From: Candidatus Latescibacterota bacterium
GTDB taxonomy: Bacteria > Latescibacterota > UBA2968
Assembly: GCA_965222605.1 (NCBI GenBank)
Contig: OZ244960.1
Span: 3,168,001-3,232,000 of the forward strand
Length of the DNA stretch: 64,000 bases
Reading direction: 5' to 3'
Every line of letters begins with the position of its first letter. The first letter of the stretch is position 1. Below, piece after piece: positions 10,526 through 19,663 of this stretch. The notes under the pieces are model-generated. The model worked only from the letters and a program-made list of their open reading frames with translations. It had not been told where the DNA came from and ran no database searches. The translations under genes and the position numbers were made by a program.

Positions 10526-10563
10526 TGATGTGAGTGTGTGGATCCTTAAGTCATTAAGATGAG

Positions 10564-10594
10564 AGAAGCCTGTCCAAAAGGACGGGCTTTTCTT
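10564..10594 (+). terminator. Rho-independent terminator after purA
   Basis: AGAAGCCTGTCC-AAAA-GGACGGGCTTTTCTT. Confidence 0.7.
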
Positions 10595-10720
10595 GTCTCT
10601 AAGGACGATGTTTTGGGATCGCGAATGGGGTATTTTGAAGTAATCCGAACGAAACTCCGAACGTTTCGATTTTGTCAAAGAATACGCAGAATATTCAGAA
10701 TACCACACCAACCATAGTTT

Positions 10721-11431
10721 ATGGAGATAAACCCGATGCCGTCTCTTCCCGTTGGCGATTTTGTGCCGTCTGTGTCTGAAGTACGCACCCCGCGACGGAT
10801 GGATTATGAAGGTGAGTATATCGCGCTGTCTCCTCTCGCTTCCGAAAGGGATGCGCCCGGGTTGTTTGCATGTTCGCATAGGACAGAACACAAGGAGCAG
10901 TTGTGGACGTATATGGCGTATGGGCCTTTTGAAGATGTGTCGTCTATGCAGGAGTGGCTTGAGCAGATTGAGGGTTCGGAGGATCCGCTCTTTTTTGTTG
11001 TTCGAGATAAATTATCGGATCGGTCTATTGGGATGGTCAGTTTTTTGAATATTGCGCCCGATGCGCGGCGGTTGGAGCTTGGGAATATCTGGTATGGACC
11101 CGAGGCACAAAATACGTGTGCGAATACCGAGGCCGCGTATCTTATGCTGTGCGAGGCTTTTGATTGTATGAGTTATCGCCGCGTCGAATGGAAATGCGAT
11201 GCGCTCAATAAACGCTCGCGGTCTGCTGCGCTCCGCCTGGGGTTCACTTATGAAGGGCTTTTTCGCCAGCACATGATTGTTAAAGACCGCAATCGGGATA
11301 CGACGTGGTTTTCTATGCTGGATACAGAATGGCCCGCGATTAAAGAAAATATGGAAGAATGGTTGTATCAAAATCCCGATAAATCCTGGTCGCTGAGGGA
11401 AAAGAATCAAGAGTTGGGTTGCGCGAGGTAG
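10721..11431 (+). CDS. GNAT family acetyltransferase (RimJ/RimL-like)
   Basis: LWTYMAYGPF, YRRVEWKCDALNKRSRSAALRLGFTYEGLFRQH and RNRDTTWFSM. Confidence 0.88.
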   Translation: MEINPMPSLPVGDFVPSVSEVRTPRRMDYEGEYIALSPLASERDAPGLFACSHRTEHKEQLWTYMAYGPFEDVSSMQEWLEQIEGSEDPLFFVVRDKLSDRSIGMVSFLNIAPDARRLELGNIWYGPEAQNTCANTEAAYLMLCEAFDCMSYRRVEWKCDALNKRSRSAALRLGFTYEGLFRQHMIVKDRNRDTTWFSMLDTEWPAIKENMEEWLYQNPDKSWSLREKNQELGCAR

Positions 11432-11691
11432 CGGTACATATCTTTCACATGACCGCCCATTCATGGCTCAAAATGTACCCTTTTGTATCCCGGAGTGTTC
11501 CGTTTGTATGTGTCTCTAAAGGCGATCCTTATATTCAAGTTAATGCAATACAGCATATTAAAAGCATGATGAGAATATTTGAGCCTCCGTCCATACAATT
11601 TATCGCTCAATTTCTGTGATGTTGGCTTGATATTTGCTCAGGGTCTGACTGTTGCGTGTAAAATTCACCTATCAGACTCAGGGCATTCCAC

Positions 11692-12621
11692 ATGGCCGAA
11701 TATGACTCTGTCTCCAAAGATCTGATCCAGACCTATCCCAAAGACTTTATCCGCCTCACACTTGAACAGGACGATGTAGAAGTCCTGGACATACTCGATA
11801 CGGAGCAAAACACGGTTGATACACGACATACCGATAGCCTCATCCGCGTCCATATTGCGGGCAAGGAGGCATTGATACATCACGAGTTTCAGACGACTGA
11901 CGATCCATCTATGCCGCTCCGCATGGCGGGCTATATTATACGTGCGATAGAGCAGCACGGTCTGCCGGTTTCTTCCAGTGTGATCTATTTGCGGCGCAGT
12001 GCAGGTCGGCGCGATCCGGGGCACTTTATTCAGGAAATATCCGGCCGTCGCGTTTTGATAGAATACACAGTGATTCGGCTCAGTGAGATAGAGGGACAGG
12101 ATATTATTGATGGCGGGCCTTCGGGCTTGTTTCCGTTCGTGCCGTTGATGAAACGGCCTGATAGGATAGATTCAGAAGCGTGGTTGCGTCACTGTGTTGA
12201 CGCGACGAATGCGCTGCCAGTGGATGAATCAATAAAGATTGACTTTTTAGGCAGGTTGATGATATTGAGTGGGTTAGAGTATGATCCAACACTAATCAAT
12301 CGTATTCTATCACAGGAGGGTCTTATGGATGCCATTATGCGCGAATCGTCGTTTGCACAATACCTTAAGCAAGAAGGCATTGAAGAAGGCATTGAGCAAG
12401 GTATTGAGCAAGGTATTGAGCAAGGTATTGAGCAAGGGGGCAGGCAACGTGCCATTGAAGATATCCTCGATGTGTTGGAGATTCGATTTGACCTGAGCGA
12501 AGCGCACCCTCTATCCACCCGCATTGCCTCCATTGACGATTTGCAACACCTCAAGCAGTTGCTCCGTGCGGCGATACAGGTGCCCAATCTCGAGGCATTT
12601 CAGCGCATGTTAGATGCGTGA
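11692..12621 (+). CDS. Rpn/YhgA-like recombination-promoting nuclease / putative transposase (PD-(D/E)XK)
   Basis: YD...K, D...HHEFQT..D.SMPLRM..Y, GIEQ repeats and a DUF4351-like C-terminus. Confidence 0.8.
   Translation: MAEYDSVSKDLIQTYPKDFIRLTLEQDDVEVLDILDTEQNTVDTRHTDSLIRVHIAGKEALIHHEFQTTDDPSMPLRMAGYIIRAIEQHGLPVSSSVIYLRRSAGRRDPGHFIQEISGRRVLIEYTVIRLSEIEGQDIIDGGPSGLFPFVPLMKRPDRIDSEAWLRHCVDATNALPVDESIKIDFLGRLMILSGLEYDPTLINRILSQEGLMDAIMRESSFAQYLKQEGIEEGIEQGIEQGIEQGIEQGGRQRAIEDILDVLEIRFDLSEAHPLSTRIASIDDLQHLKQLLRAAIQVPNLEAFQRMLDA
12376..12435 (+). repeat. Coding 12-bp tandem repeat (GIEE/GIEQ x5)
   Basis: GGTATTGAGCAA-like units inside the Rpn-like gene. Confidence 0.9.
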
Positions 12622-12633
12622 CGCGATTTCCCA

Positions 12634-13010
12634 ATGAGTGCTCTTAATAAATTTCACGACAAGGCTATGGATAAAGCGTTTTTCGCTGATCAAGAGCGGC
12701 GTCAAGGCAACGAGGAGCGGGCAGTAGCGTTGTTCGAGCAGGCATTAGATCTGGAGCTTAAGGCCCTCGCAGAAATAACCGAGCCTGTTGATCAGGATGG
12801 GCTAACCTGGTCCGTGCTGCACCGCAGTGCCGGTTGGCTGGCTTTGGACTGCACCGGCCGCGTTTAGCCGAGCAACTGGCCTGCAAAGCCCTCGCTGGCG
12901 ATCCGCATCCAGAGATTGCGGAAGAATTGCGCGACCTTCTGGCAGAGACCTATGCACGAATGCATCGTAAACCAAAGGGTGCCTCTATGGCCGAGACTGC
13001 TGATAACTAA
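12634..13010 (+). pseudogene. Helical (TPR-like) hypothetical protein with a 1-nt frameshift near 12852
   Basis: ...SVLHRSAGWLALDC continues in another frame as RPRLAEQLACKALAGDPHPEIAEELRDLL...* to 13010, giving one coherent protein. Confidence 0.65.
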
Positions 13011-13036
13011 CCGATCAGTGCTGTATCTCATAATAC

Positions 13037-13074
13037 ACCAAACCCCAGACGATTTTCGCCTGGGGTTTGGTTTT
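13037..13074 (+). terminator. Stem-loop/terminator
   Basis: ACCAAACCCCAG...CTGGGGTTTGGT followed by TTT. Confidence 0.6.
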
Positions 13075-13090
13075 GAATAAGGAGTCCACT

Positions 13091-13885
13091 ATGTCTCTCG
13101 CTGCCTGTATATGGGCACTGCCCTGCCCAGAGGAAATTGCTTTAGAGCAAGTTGCCGATGCGGGGTTTACGCATATTGATATTCGTCCGGGTTGGCTTCA
13201 GACAGCCGATCTTCAACAACGGGTGAAAGATCTCGGTCTCGCTGTTTCGTGTATTGCCGCTTCTGCGGATATGCCCGAGGGAGTGTCTCTGGCTGGGGAT
13301 AATCCACAATCCGCACGCGATCATGTGTGTCGCGCATTTGAACACGGAGCTTTGCTCGGTGCGACGACTGCGTACCTGGTGCCCCAGGGCGATGATCCCG
13401 ACCTGTTTGCCGAGTCTTTGAGCACGCTGGCTGAGCGGGCGCAAGATGCGGGTATCAGGCTGGCTGTTGAACACTTTCCCGGTACGTTTTTGCCGACGGT
13501 GCCGTTTACGCTCAATTATCTCGAGCAGATCGGCCATCCCAATCTCTTTCTGCTTTTTGATATCGGACATGCACAGATGGCGAATGAAGATCCCGCGGAT
13601 ATGATCGCGTTGGCAGGGGACCGTCTGGGTTATGTTCATCTCGATGATAACGATGGGGAGGAGGACCTGCACCTGGGCCTGTGCGATGGGGTGCTTACGC
13701 GGGAGGTGCTGCGATCTACATTCGCCGCGCTTCTTTCGGTCAATTATACCGGGAATATGAGTCTCGAACTCAAGTCGGATATTCCAGATCCTCTCGACGC
13801 GCTGAAGAGAAGCCGCGGGATTGTGATCGAAAGTCAAAAGCAACCACAGATGAACACAGATGAACACAGAGTGAGAGGCGGTTAA
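13091..13885 (+). CDS. Sugar phosphate isomerase/epimerase (xylose-isomerase-like TIM barrel)
   Basis: Metal ligands in LAVEH, LLFDIGHA, YVHLDDNDG and SLEL. AAGGAG RBS before ATG 13091. Confidence 0.85.
   Translation: MSLAACIWALPCPEEIALEQVADAGFTHIDIRPGWLQTADLQQRVKDLGLAVSCIAASADMPEGVSLAGDNPQSARDHVCRAFEHGALLGATTAYLVPQGDDPDLFAESLSTLAERAQDAGIRLAVEHFPGTFLPTVPFTLNYLEQIGHPNLFLLFDIGHAQMANEDPADMIALAGDRLGYVHLDDNDGEEDLHLGLCDGVLTREVLRSTFAALLSVNYTGNMSLELKSDIPDPLDALKRSRGIVIESQKQPQMNTDEHRVRGG
13842..13870 (+). repeat. 10-bp tandem repeat (CACAGATGAA) at the gene 3' end
   Basis: AACCACAGATGAACACAGATGAACACAGA. Confidence 0.75.
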
Positions 13886-13910
13886 AGGCGAGACGCGAGA
13901 AATCCGCCTT

Positions 13911-14897
13911 TCACAGGTTGACCACGATCCGTCCGCGCATTTGTCCGGATAGGATGCGGTCTATTTGGACATTTAGTTCTTCCAAGTCGCATTCTACGAT
14001 TATGTTGTTCAGTGTATTGATTTTCCAATCTGTGGCGATCTTCTGCCAGATTTTTAATCTGAGGTCCATGGGGCATAAGACAGAGTCGATGCCGATTAGT
14101 TTTACGCCGCGGAGGATGAATGGATATACTGTGGTGTGCAGTTCCGGCGATGATACCAGGCCACAACAGGTTATCGCGCCGTGATATTGCGTTGTTTTGA
14201 TGAGTGTTGACAGGATGTTTCCGCCGACGGTATCTATTCCCGCTGCCCAGCGGCCCGATAGGATGGGCCGTCCAGAGTCGTCGTCCAATGTGCGCCGATC
14301 TATGACTTCATAAGCACCAAGTCCTTTCAGGAAATCAGTTTCTGACGCTTTTCCCGTGGCTGCCACAACCCGAAAGCCGTTTTTGGCCAATATTGCTACT
14401 GACAGACTGCCTACGCCGCCGGTTGCGCCGGTTACTACGATGTCGCCCTGGTCGGGCGTCACGCCTGTATTGATGATGTGATGGACTGATAGTGCTGCTG
14501 TAAATCCCGCTGTTCCATATCCCATGCTTTCTTTCAGGGTCAATCCTTCGGGGAGCCTGACCAGCCAATGCGCGGGTACTCTGATGAATTGTCCGAATCC
14601 GCCCGCGGTATTCATTCCCAGATCGTAGCCCGTGACCAATACGTTGTCGTCAGGTTGAAAGTCGGCAACCGTGCTCTCGACGACTTCACCCGCTGCATCA
14701 ATGCCCGGCGTGTGTGGATACGCCTGCGTTACGCCGCGGTGCCCGGTTGCGGATAGGGCATCTTTGTAATTTAGCGAGGAATAGCACACCCGTATCAATA
14801 CTTCGCCTTCGGGTAGTTCATCTATCTGTCGTTCCTCTATTGATCTCAAAAATTGATCCTCTGCTTCGCGTACGACCAGTGCACGAAATGATGTCAT
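13911..14897 (-). CDS. YhdH/YhfP (AcuI-like) MDR family oxidoreductase
   Basis: YSSLNYKDAL, PGIDAAG, GTAGFTA, TGATGGVGS and PFILRGVKLIGIDSV. Confidence 0.92.
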   Translation of the reverse strand: MTSFRALVVREAEDQFLRSIEERQIDELPEGEVLIRVCYSSLNYKDALSATGHRGVTQAYPHTPGIDAAGEVVESTVADFQPDDNVLVTGYDLGMNTAGGFGQFIRVPAHWLVRLPEGLTLKESMGYGTAGFTAALSVHHIINTGVTPDQGDIVVTGATGGVGSLSVAILAKNGFRVVAATGKASETDFLKGLGAYEVIDRRTLDDDSGRPILSGRWAAGIDTVGGNILSTLIKTTQYHGAITCCGLVSSPELHTTVYPFILRGVKLIGIDSVLCPMDLRLKIWQKIATDWKINTLNNIIVECDLEELNVQIDRILSGQMRGRIVVNL

Positions 14898-15001
14898 GAA
14901 GTGTTCCTCCTTAACCTATAACCCAAAAATTGTCTCTCATTCGGTATTCATTACACTATATTACACGTTACAACTCTAATCCCAAACAATAGTATAACAC
15001 A

Positions 15002-16831
15002 ATGCGATACAAATCCCTCAAACAGTGCGTTGACGATCTCGACCGCAACGGCCATCTCGTCCGCATTGACCAGGAGGTGGATCCCCATCTGGAGATGGCG
15101 GAGATCCATCGCCGCGTTTTTCAGGCAAATGGTCCGGCTATTTACTATGCGAATGTGAAAGATAGTCCGTTCCCGGCGGTTTCCAATCTGTTTGGTACGC
15201 TCGACCGCTCGCGTTTTCTCTTTCGGTCAACTCTGAGATGGGTACAACGCCTTGTCGAAGCCAAAGCCGATCCGGTTGCGTTTCTGCGCGCTCCCTGGCG
15301 CGCACTGGGGATTGCGAGTATTGCATTTCATACATTGCCAAAAAAGGTGCGCTCTGGCGCGGTACTCAAACAGAGTACGACTATTGATCAGCTCCCTCAG
15401 ATTCAATGCTGGCCCGACGATGGCGGTCCATTTGTTCTTTTGCCCCAGGTTTATACTGAGGACCCCGACCGTCCGGGTGTTATGAATGCCAATTTGGGTA
15501 TGTATCGCATCCAGCTCTCTGGCAATGAGTACATACAGAACGAAGAAATCGGTCTGCACTACCAGATCCGCCGCGATATTGGGATTCACCATGCCAATGC
15601 GCTGAGGCGGGAGGAACGGTTGCGCGTGAGTATTTTTATCGGTGGACCGCCCGCGCATACGTTCTCTGCTGTTATGCCTTTGCCCGAGGGTTTGTCCGAA
15701 CTCATTTTTGCCGGAGGTCTGGCCGGGCGTCGGTTTCGCTATGCCCGCAGGAATGCCTATGTCATTTCTTCGGAGGCCGATTTTGTTATTACGGGAACCG
15801 TGCATCCGGACGAAACCAGGCCCGAAGGTCCGTTTGGCGATCATTTGGGTTATTATAGCCTGGCGCATGATTTTCCCGTTCTCCACGTCGAAGATGTTTG
15901 GCACCGGCAAGATGCTATTTATCCCTTTACTGTTGTGGGTCGCCCTCCGCAGGAAGATACTGCGTTTGGTTTGCTTATCCACGAGATTACCGGGCCGATG
16001 GTTCCCGTCGAGATTCCCGGTCTCAAGTCTATTAATGCTGTGGATGCCGCGGGTGTTCACCCTTTGCTCATTGCCATTGGTTCTGAACGCTATGTGCCCT
16101 ACCGCGAGCGACAACCGCAGGAAATTCTCACGCTTGCCAATGCGCTGCTCGGTTTTGGTGCGTGCTCTTTGGCAAAGTATCTTTTTATTTGTGCAGGTGA
16201 AGATAATCCCCATCTGAATACCCACGATATCGGCTCTTATTTTATCCATGTTCTCGAGCGGGTGGATTGGCGGCGCGATCTCCATTTTCAAACCCGTACG
16301 ACGATAGATACGCTGGATTATTCGGGTACGGGATTTAATGAGGGTTCCAAAGTCGTGATCGCCGCAGCCGGTGCGAAAAGACGCGATCTGTGGCGCGAGA
16401 TTCCGGGTGATCTGGCTCTGCCTGAGGGATTTAAAAATCCCGCCATTGCCTTGCCCGGTATCGCAGCTATTGAAGGTCCCGATTTCGAGGATGCAGATCA
16501 GGGGGGTAAGGACGCAGTTCGTTTGGGTGAGACGCTCGCGTCTCAATCTCTCGATGGTTTGCCGCTTATCCTCATTGTCAATGACAGCGCATTTAGTTCG
16601 CGCACCCTCAACAATTTTCTCTGGGTTACGTTCACTCGCTCCAATCCCTCGCACGATATTTACGGTGTTGATAGCTTTATTGAACACAAACACTGGGGCT
16701 GTAACGGGTCGCTGATTATTGATGCACGCCACAAGCCCCACCACGCGCCCCCGCTTGTTGAAGATCCCAAAATTACTAAAAAAGTAGAGGCACTCGGGGC
16801 ATCGGGCGGGCCATTGTATGGCATTATATGA
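15002..16831 (+). CDS. UbiD family (prFMN-dependent) decarboxylase
   Basis: NLFGT, NLGMYR, EGPFGDHLGYY, VVGRPPQED and DTLDYSG. Confidence 0.9.
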   Translation: MRYKSLKQCVDDLDRNGHLVRIDQEVDPHLEMAEIHRRVFQANGPAIYYANVKDSPFPAVSNLFGTLDRSRFLFRSTLRWVQRLVEAKADPVAFLRAPWRALGIASIAFHTLPKKVRSGAVLKQSTTIDQLPQIQCWPDDGGPFVLLPQVYTEDPDRPGVMNANLGMYRIQLSGNEYIQNEEIGLHYQIRRDIGIHHANALRREERLRVSIFIGGPPAHTFSAVMPLPEGLSELIFAGGLAGRRFRYARRNAYVISSEADFVITGTVHPDETRPEGPFGDHLGYYSLAHDFPVLHVEDVWHRQDAIYPFTVVGRPPQEDTAFGLLIHEITGPMVPVEIPGLKSINAVDAAGVHPLLIAIGSERYVPYRERQPQEILTLANALLGFGACSLAKYLFICAGEDNPHLNTHDIGSYFIHVLERVDWRRDLHFQTRTTIDTLDYSGTGFNEGSKVVIAAAGAKRRDLWREIPGDLALPEGFKNPAIALPGIAAIEGPDFEDADQGGKDAVRLGETLASQSLDGLPLILIVNDSAFSSRTLNNFLWVTFTRSNPSHDIYGVDSFIEHKHWGCNGSLIIDARHKPHHAPPLVEDPKITKKVEALGASGGPLYGII

Positions 16832-16859
16832 CGCCTATTTTTTGTGGAGGACTGTTTCC

Positions 16860-17717
16860 ATGATTTACCGGTATCTCTTGATCATTCTCGGTATCTGCTT
16901 CGTCGGCTACGGTGAATGCGACGCAGGCGCTCATAAGAAGGGCGGGGAAATAACGATTCCGGATGTCAATCTGCGTGCGGTGATTGAGGATTCTCTGAAT
17001 AAGGCGAGAGGTGAGGCGATTACTGCGGCTGAAATGGCGACGTTGAAGCGTCTTGAAGCACCGAATTCGAATATTCGCGATTTGACGGGTATTGAGTACG
17101 CAACCGAGCTGACGGTGCTGAATCTCGGCGATGTATTTGTGAATGGCAACCGGATCAATAGTAATGATATTACGGATCTCTCGCCGCTGGCGGGTTTAAT
17201 CAAGCTGATGGAGTTGCATCTTCATCGCAATATAATATATGATATCTCGCCGCTGTCTGGTTTAACGGAGCTGAAGATTCTGGATGTTAGTGCGAATTTT
17301 TATATTTCGGATATTTCTCCCTTGTCGGGTATGACCAGGCTGAGGACGCTGAATCTTTATACCAACGATATTTCGGATCTATCGCCGCTGTCGGGTTTGA
17401 CCGATTTGAGATGGCTGAGGCTGAGTAATAACCTGATCTGGGATATTTCTCATCTGTCGAGTTTGACCGAGTTGAGGGGATTGACTCTCAATGTCAATGC
17501 GGTCTCGGATATTTCTCATCTGTCGGGTTTGACCGATTTGAGATGGCTGAATATTTGGGACTGCGATATTGTGGATTTATCGCCTCTGGTGGAGAATGCG
17601 GGATTGAGTGGCGAAAAGGATTTTATCGATTTGAGGGATAATCCCCTGAGCGATGTATCAATTAACACGCATATTCTGGCGCTTCGGGAAAGAGGGGTCA
17701 GGGTGAGGCTTGACTAA
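16860..17717 (+). CDS. Secreted internalin-like LRR protein (copy 1)
   Basis: Signal-like N-terminus, IPDVNLRAVI cap and 22-aa repeats ISDLSPLSGLTxLxxLxLxxN. GGAGG RBS before ATG 16860. Confidence 0.9.
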   Translation: MIYRYLLIILGICFVGYGECDAGAHKKGGEITIPDVNLRAVIEDSLNKARGEAITAAEMATLKRLEAPNSNIRDLTGIEYATELTVLNLGDVFVNGNRINSNDITDLSPLAGLIKLMELHLHRNIIYDISPLSGLTELKILDVSANFYISDISPLSGMTRLRTLNLYTNDISDLSPLSGLTDLRWLRLSNNLIWDISHLSSLTELRGLTLNVNAVSDISHLSGLTDLRWLNIWDCDIVDLSPLVENAGLSGEKDFIDLRDNPLSDVSINTHILALRERGVRVRLD

Positions 17718-17778
17718 TTGCGCTCGGGTCTTGAAAGACGAGTTCCATGCCGTCTATTTTTTGTGGAGGACTGTTTCC

Positions 17779-18639
17779 ATGATCTACCGGCATCTCTTGA
17801 TCATTCTCGGTATCTGCTTCGTCAGCTATGGCGAATGCGACGCAGACGCTCATAAAAAGGGTGGAGAAATAACGATTCCGGATGTCAACCTGCGTGCGGT
17901 GATTGAGGATTCTCTGAATAAGGCGAGAGGTGAGGCGATTACTGCGGCTGAGATGGCGACATTGAAGCGTCTTGAAGCACCGAATTCAAGGATTCGCGAT
18001 TTGACGGGGATTGAGTACGCTACCGAACTGACGGTGCTGAATCTCGGCTATGTATTGGTGAATGGCAATCGCGTCAATAGCAATAATATTTCGGATCTCT
18101 CTCCGTTGTTGGGTTTAACCAGGCTGACAGAGTTGAACCTCTTTCGCAATACAATAGCGGATCTATCGCCGCTGTCGAGTTTGACCGAACTGAGAGTACT
18201 GGATCTTAGTGGGAATTCCTATATCTCAGATATTTCTCCTCTGTCGGGTTTGACCAGGATGAGAACGCTGCATCTCTATACCAACGATATTTCGGATCTA
18301 TCGCCGCTGTCGGGTTTGACCGATTTGAGGTGGCTGGATGTGAGTAATAATCTCATCTGGGATATTTCTCCGCTGTCGAGTTTGACCGAGCTGAGGGGAT
18401 TGGCTCTGAATAACAATGCGGTCTCGGATCTTTCTCCTCTGTCGGGTTTGACCAGGCTGCAAAGGGTGCATAGTTGGGATTGCGATGTTTCGGATTTATC
18501 GCCTCTGGTGGAGAATGCGGGATTGCGTGGCGAAAAAAGTTTGATCGATTTGAGGGATAATTCCCTGAGCGATATTTCAATTAATACGCATATTCCTGCG
18601 CTTCGGGAGAGAGGGGTCAGGGTGAGGCTCGATAACTGA
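17779..18639 (+). CDS. Secreted internalin-like LRR protein (copy 2, tandem paralog)
   Basis: Leader, RBS and N-terminus nearly identical to copy 1, with the same LRR consensus. Confidence 0.9.
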   Translation: MIYRHLLIILGICFVSYGECDADAHKKGGEITIPDVNLRAVIEDSLNKARGEAITAAEMATLKRLEAPNSRIRDLTGIEYATELTVLNLGYVLVNGNRVNSNNISDLSPLLGLTRLTELNLFRNTIADLSPLSSLTELRVLDLSGNSYISDISPLSGLTRMRTLHLYTNDISDLSPLSGLTDLRWLDVSNNLIWDISPLSSLTELRGLALNNNAVSDLSPLSGLTRLQRVHSWDCDVSDLSPLVENAGLRGEKSLIDLRDNSLSDISINTHIPALRERGVRVRLDN

Positions 18640-18645
18640 GGTCGC

Positions 18646-19647
18646 TCAGGCGCCCGGGTCTTTAAAGACCAATTCCATGCCGTCTGTGACAGTGACCGTG
18701 ATCTGCAATTTTCTCGGTTCGATCAGGTGTGCGAGGTGGGGTTGTCCGTTGATCCACACGTTGGGGAAGCGACACCAGGGGACGGGGACGTCGGCGTGGA
18801 GGGTGAGCGTGCGGCAGGTGACGCGGTCGCTCAGGTTGTGGAGGTGGAGGCGGTAGCGCTTTTGGGTTTGTGTGTCGGACAGTGTTTCGATTTGTGTGTG
18901 GCGTCTGGTCTGGTGATAGAAGAGTACTTCTTCGGGTACGGCACACCAGACGTTGTCAGTGCCTTCTGTGAGGATGGTTTCAAATCTTTTTCTGAGTTGT
19001 GGATGCGAGCAGTCTTTGTTGGGGTGGATGGGTTTTTGTAGAGGGCAATGGCAGTAGTCGATGATCCAGCCGTTTTGCGCTTGTGCATGGCGGATGTTGC
19101 GGAATGGGTCGTATTCGCTAAAGAATGGGGCGTAATACTGTTCGTGCAATGCCGTGCGATTGATCCAGAAGAGCGGGGTGTTCGGACGGTTGAGGGCGTC
19201 GGTTAGACTCATTGCGCCGAGGTAGCCGTGTTTGCGACAGGCTTTGAGGACGTGGTCTGACATGTTGGCGTTGTTTCCGGGGGCGCAGTAGAGATCGACG
19301 GGTGCGTCAATGGCGGCTTCGAGTACGTCTTTTGCGCGGCCAATTTCCAGGTCAACCATGTCGGGTTGTATGAGTTGGTGGCTCCAGGAGTGATTGCCAA
19401 TTCCCCAGCCCCGGGCGAGCAGGTCTTTGAGTTCGTCGGCATTCATGTGGCGATAGCCATTGTAGCTGGAGTTGCCAATATTGCGGGTTTCGCCCAGTTG
19501 CCCGACTACGACTTCCACATGTCCCGGAATGCCGTATTCTTCGTGGATGGGGATTGCGAATTGGTGCAGATCAACAAGGGCTTCGTCATACGTGATGGAA
19601 TAGACCCAGGTTTTGTTGTATTTCCATGGGCATATTGTGAGGGCCAT
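18646..19647 (-). CDS. Polysaccharide deacetylase (NodB-like) family protein
   Basis: YSITYDE and WGIGNHSWSH motifs. GGAG RBS before ATG 19647. Confidence 0.75.
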   Translation of the reverse strand: MALTICPWKYNKTWVYSITYDEALVDLHQFAIPIHEEYGIPGHVEVVVGQLGETRNIGNSSYNGYRHMNADELKDLLARGWGIGNHSWSHQLIQPDMVDLEIGRAKDVLEAAIDAPVDLYCAPGNNANMSDHVLKACRKHGYLGAMSLTDALNRPNTPLFWINRTALHEQYYAPFFSEYDPFRNIRHAQAQNGWIIDYCHCPLQKPIHPNKDCSHPQLRKRFETILTEGTDNVWCAVPEEVLFYHQTRRHTQIETLSDTQTQKRYRLHLHNLSDRVTCRTLTLHADVPVPWCRFPNVWINGQPHLAHLIEPRKLQITVTVTDGMELVFKDPGA

Positions 19648-19663
19648 GTTTTTCTCCAGCGTC

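Noticed and set aside
11419-11619. 66-aa ORF and a weak GGTACAT/ATGTACC inverted repeat
   Set aside because: No RBS or motif supports the ORF, and the repeat is too short to call an IS remnant.
15227-16744. 505-aa antisense ORF, and similar long ORFs at 5036-5878, 37519-38487, 42839-44155 and 44342-45262
   Set aside because: These are shadow frames opposite well-supported genes and have no recognisable motifs.
16860-18639. Diversity-generating retroelement template/variable pair (also the PL6 pair)
   Set aside because: No reverse transcriptase is in the window, the duplications span whole genes, and differences are not confined to adenines.
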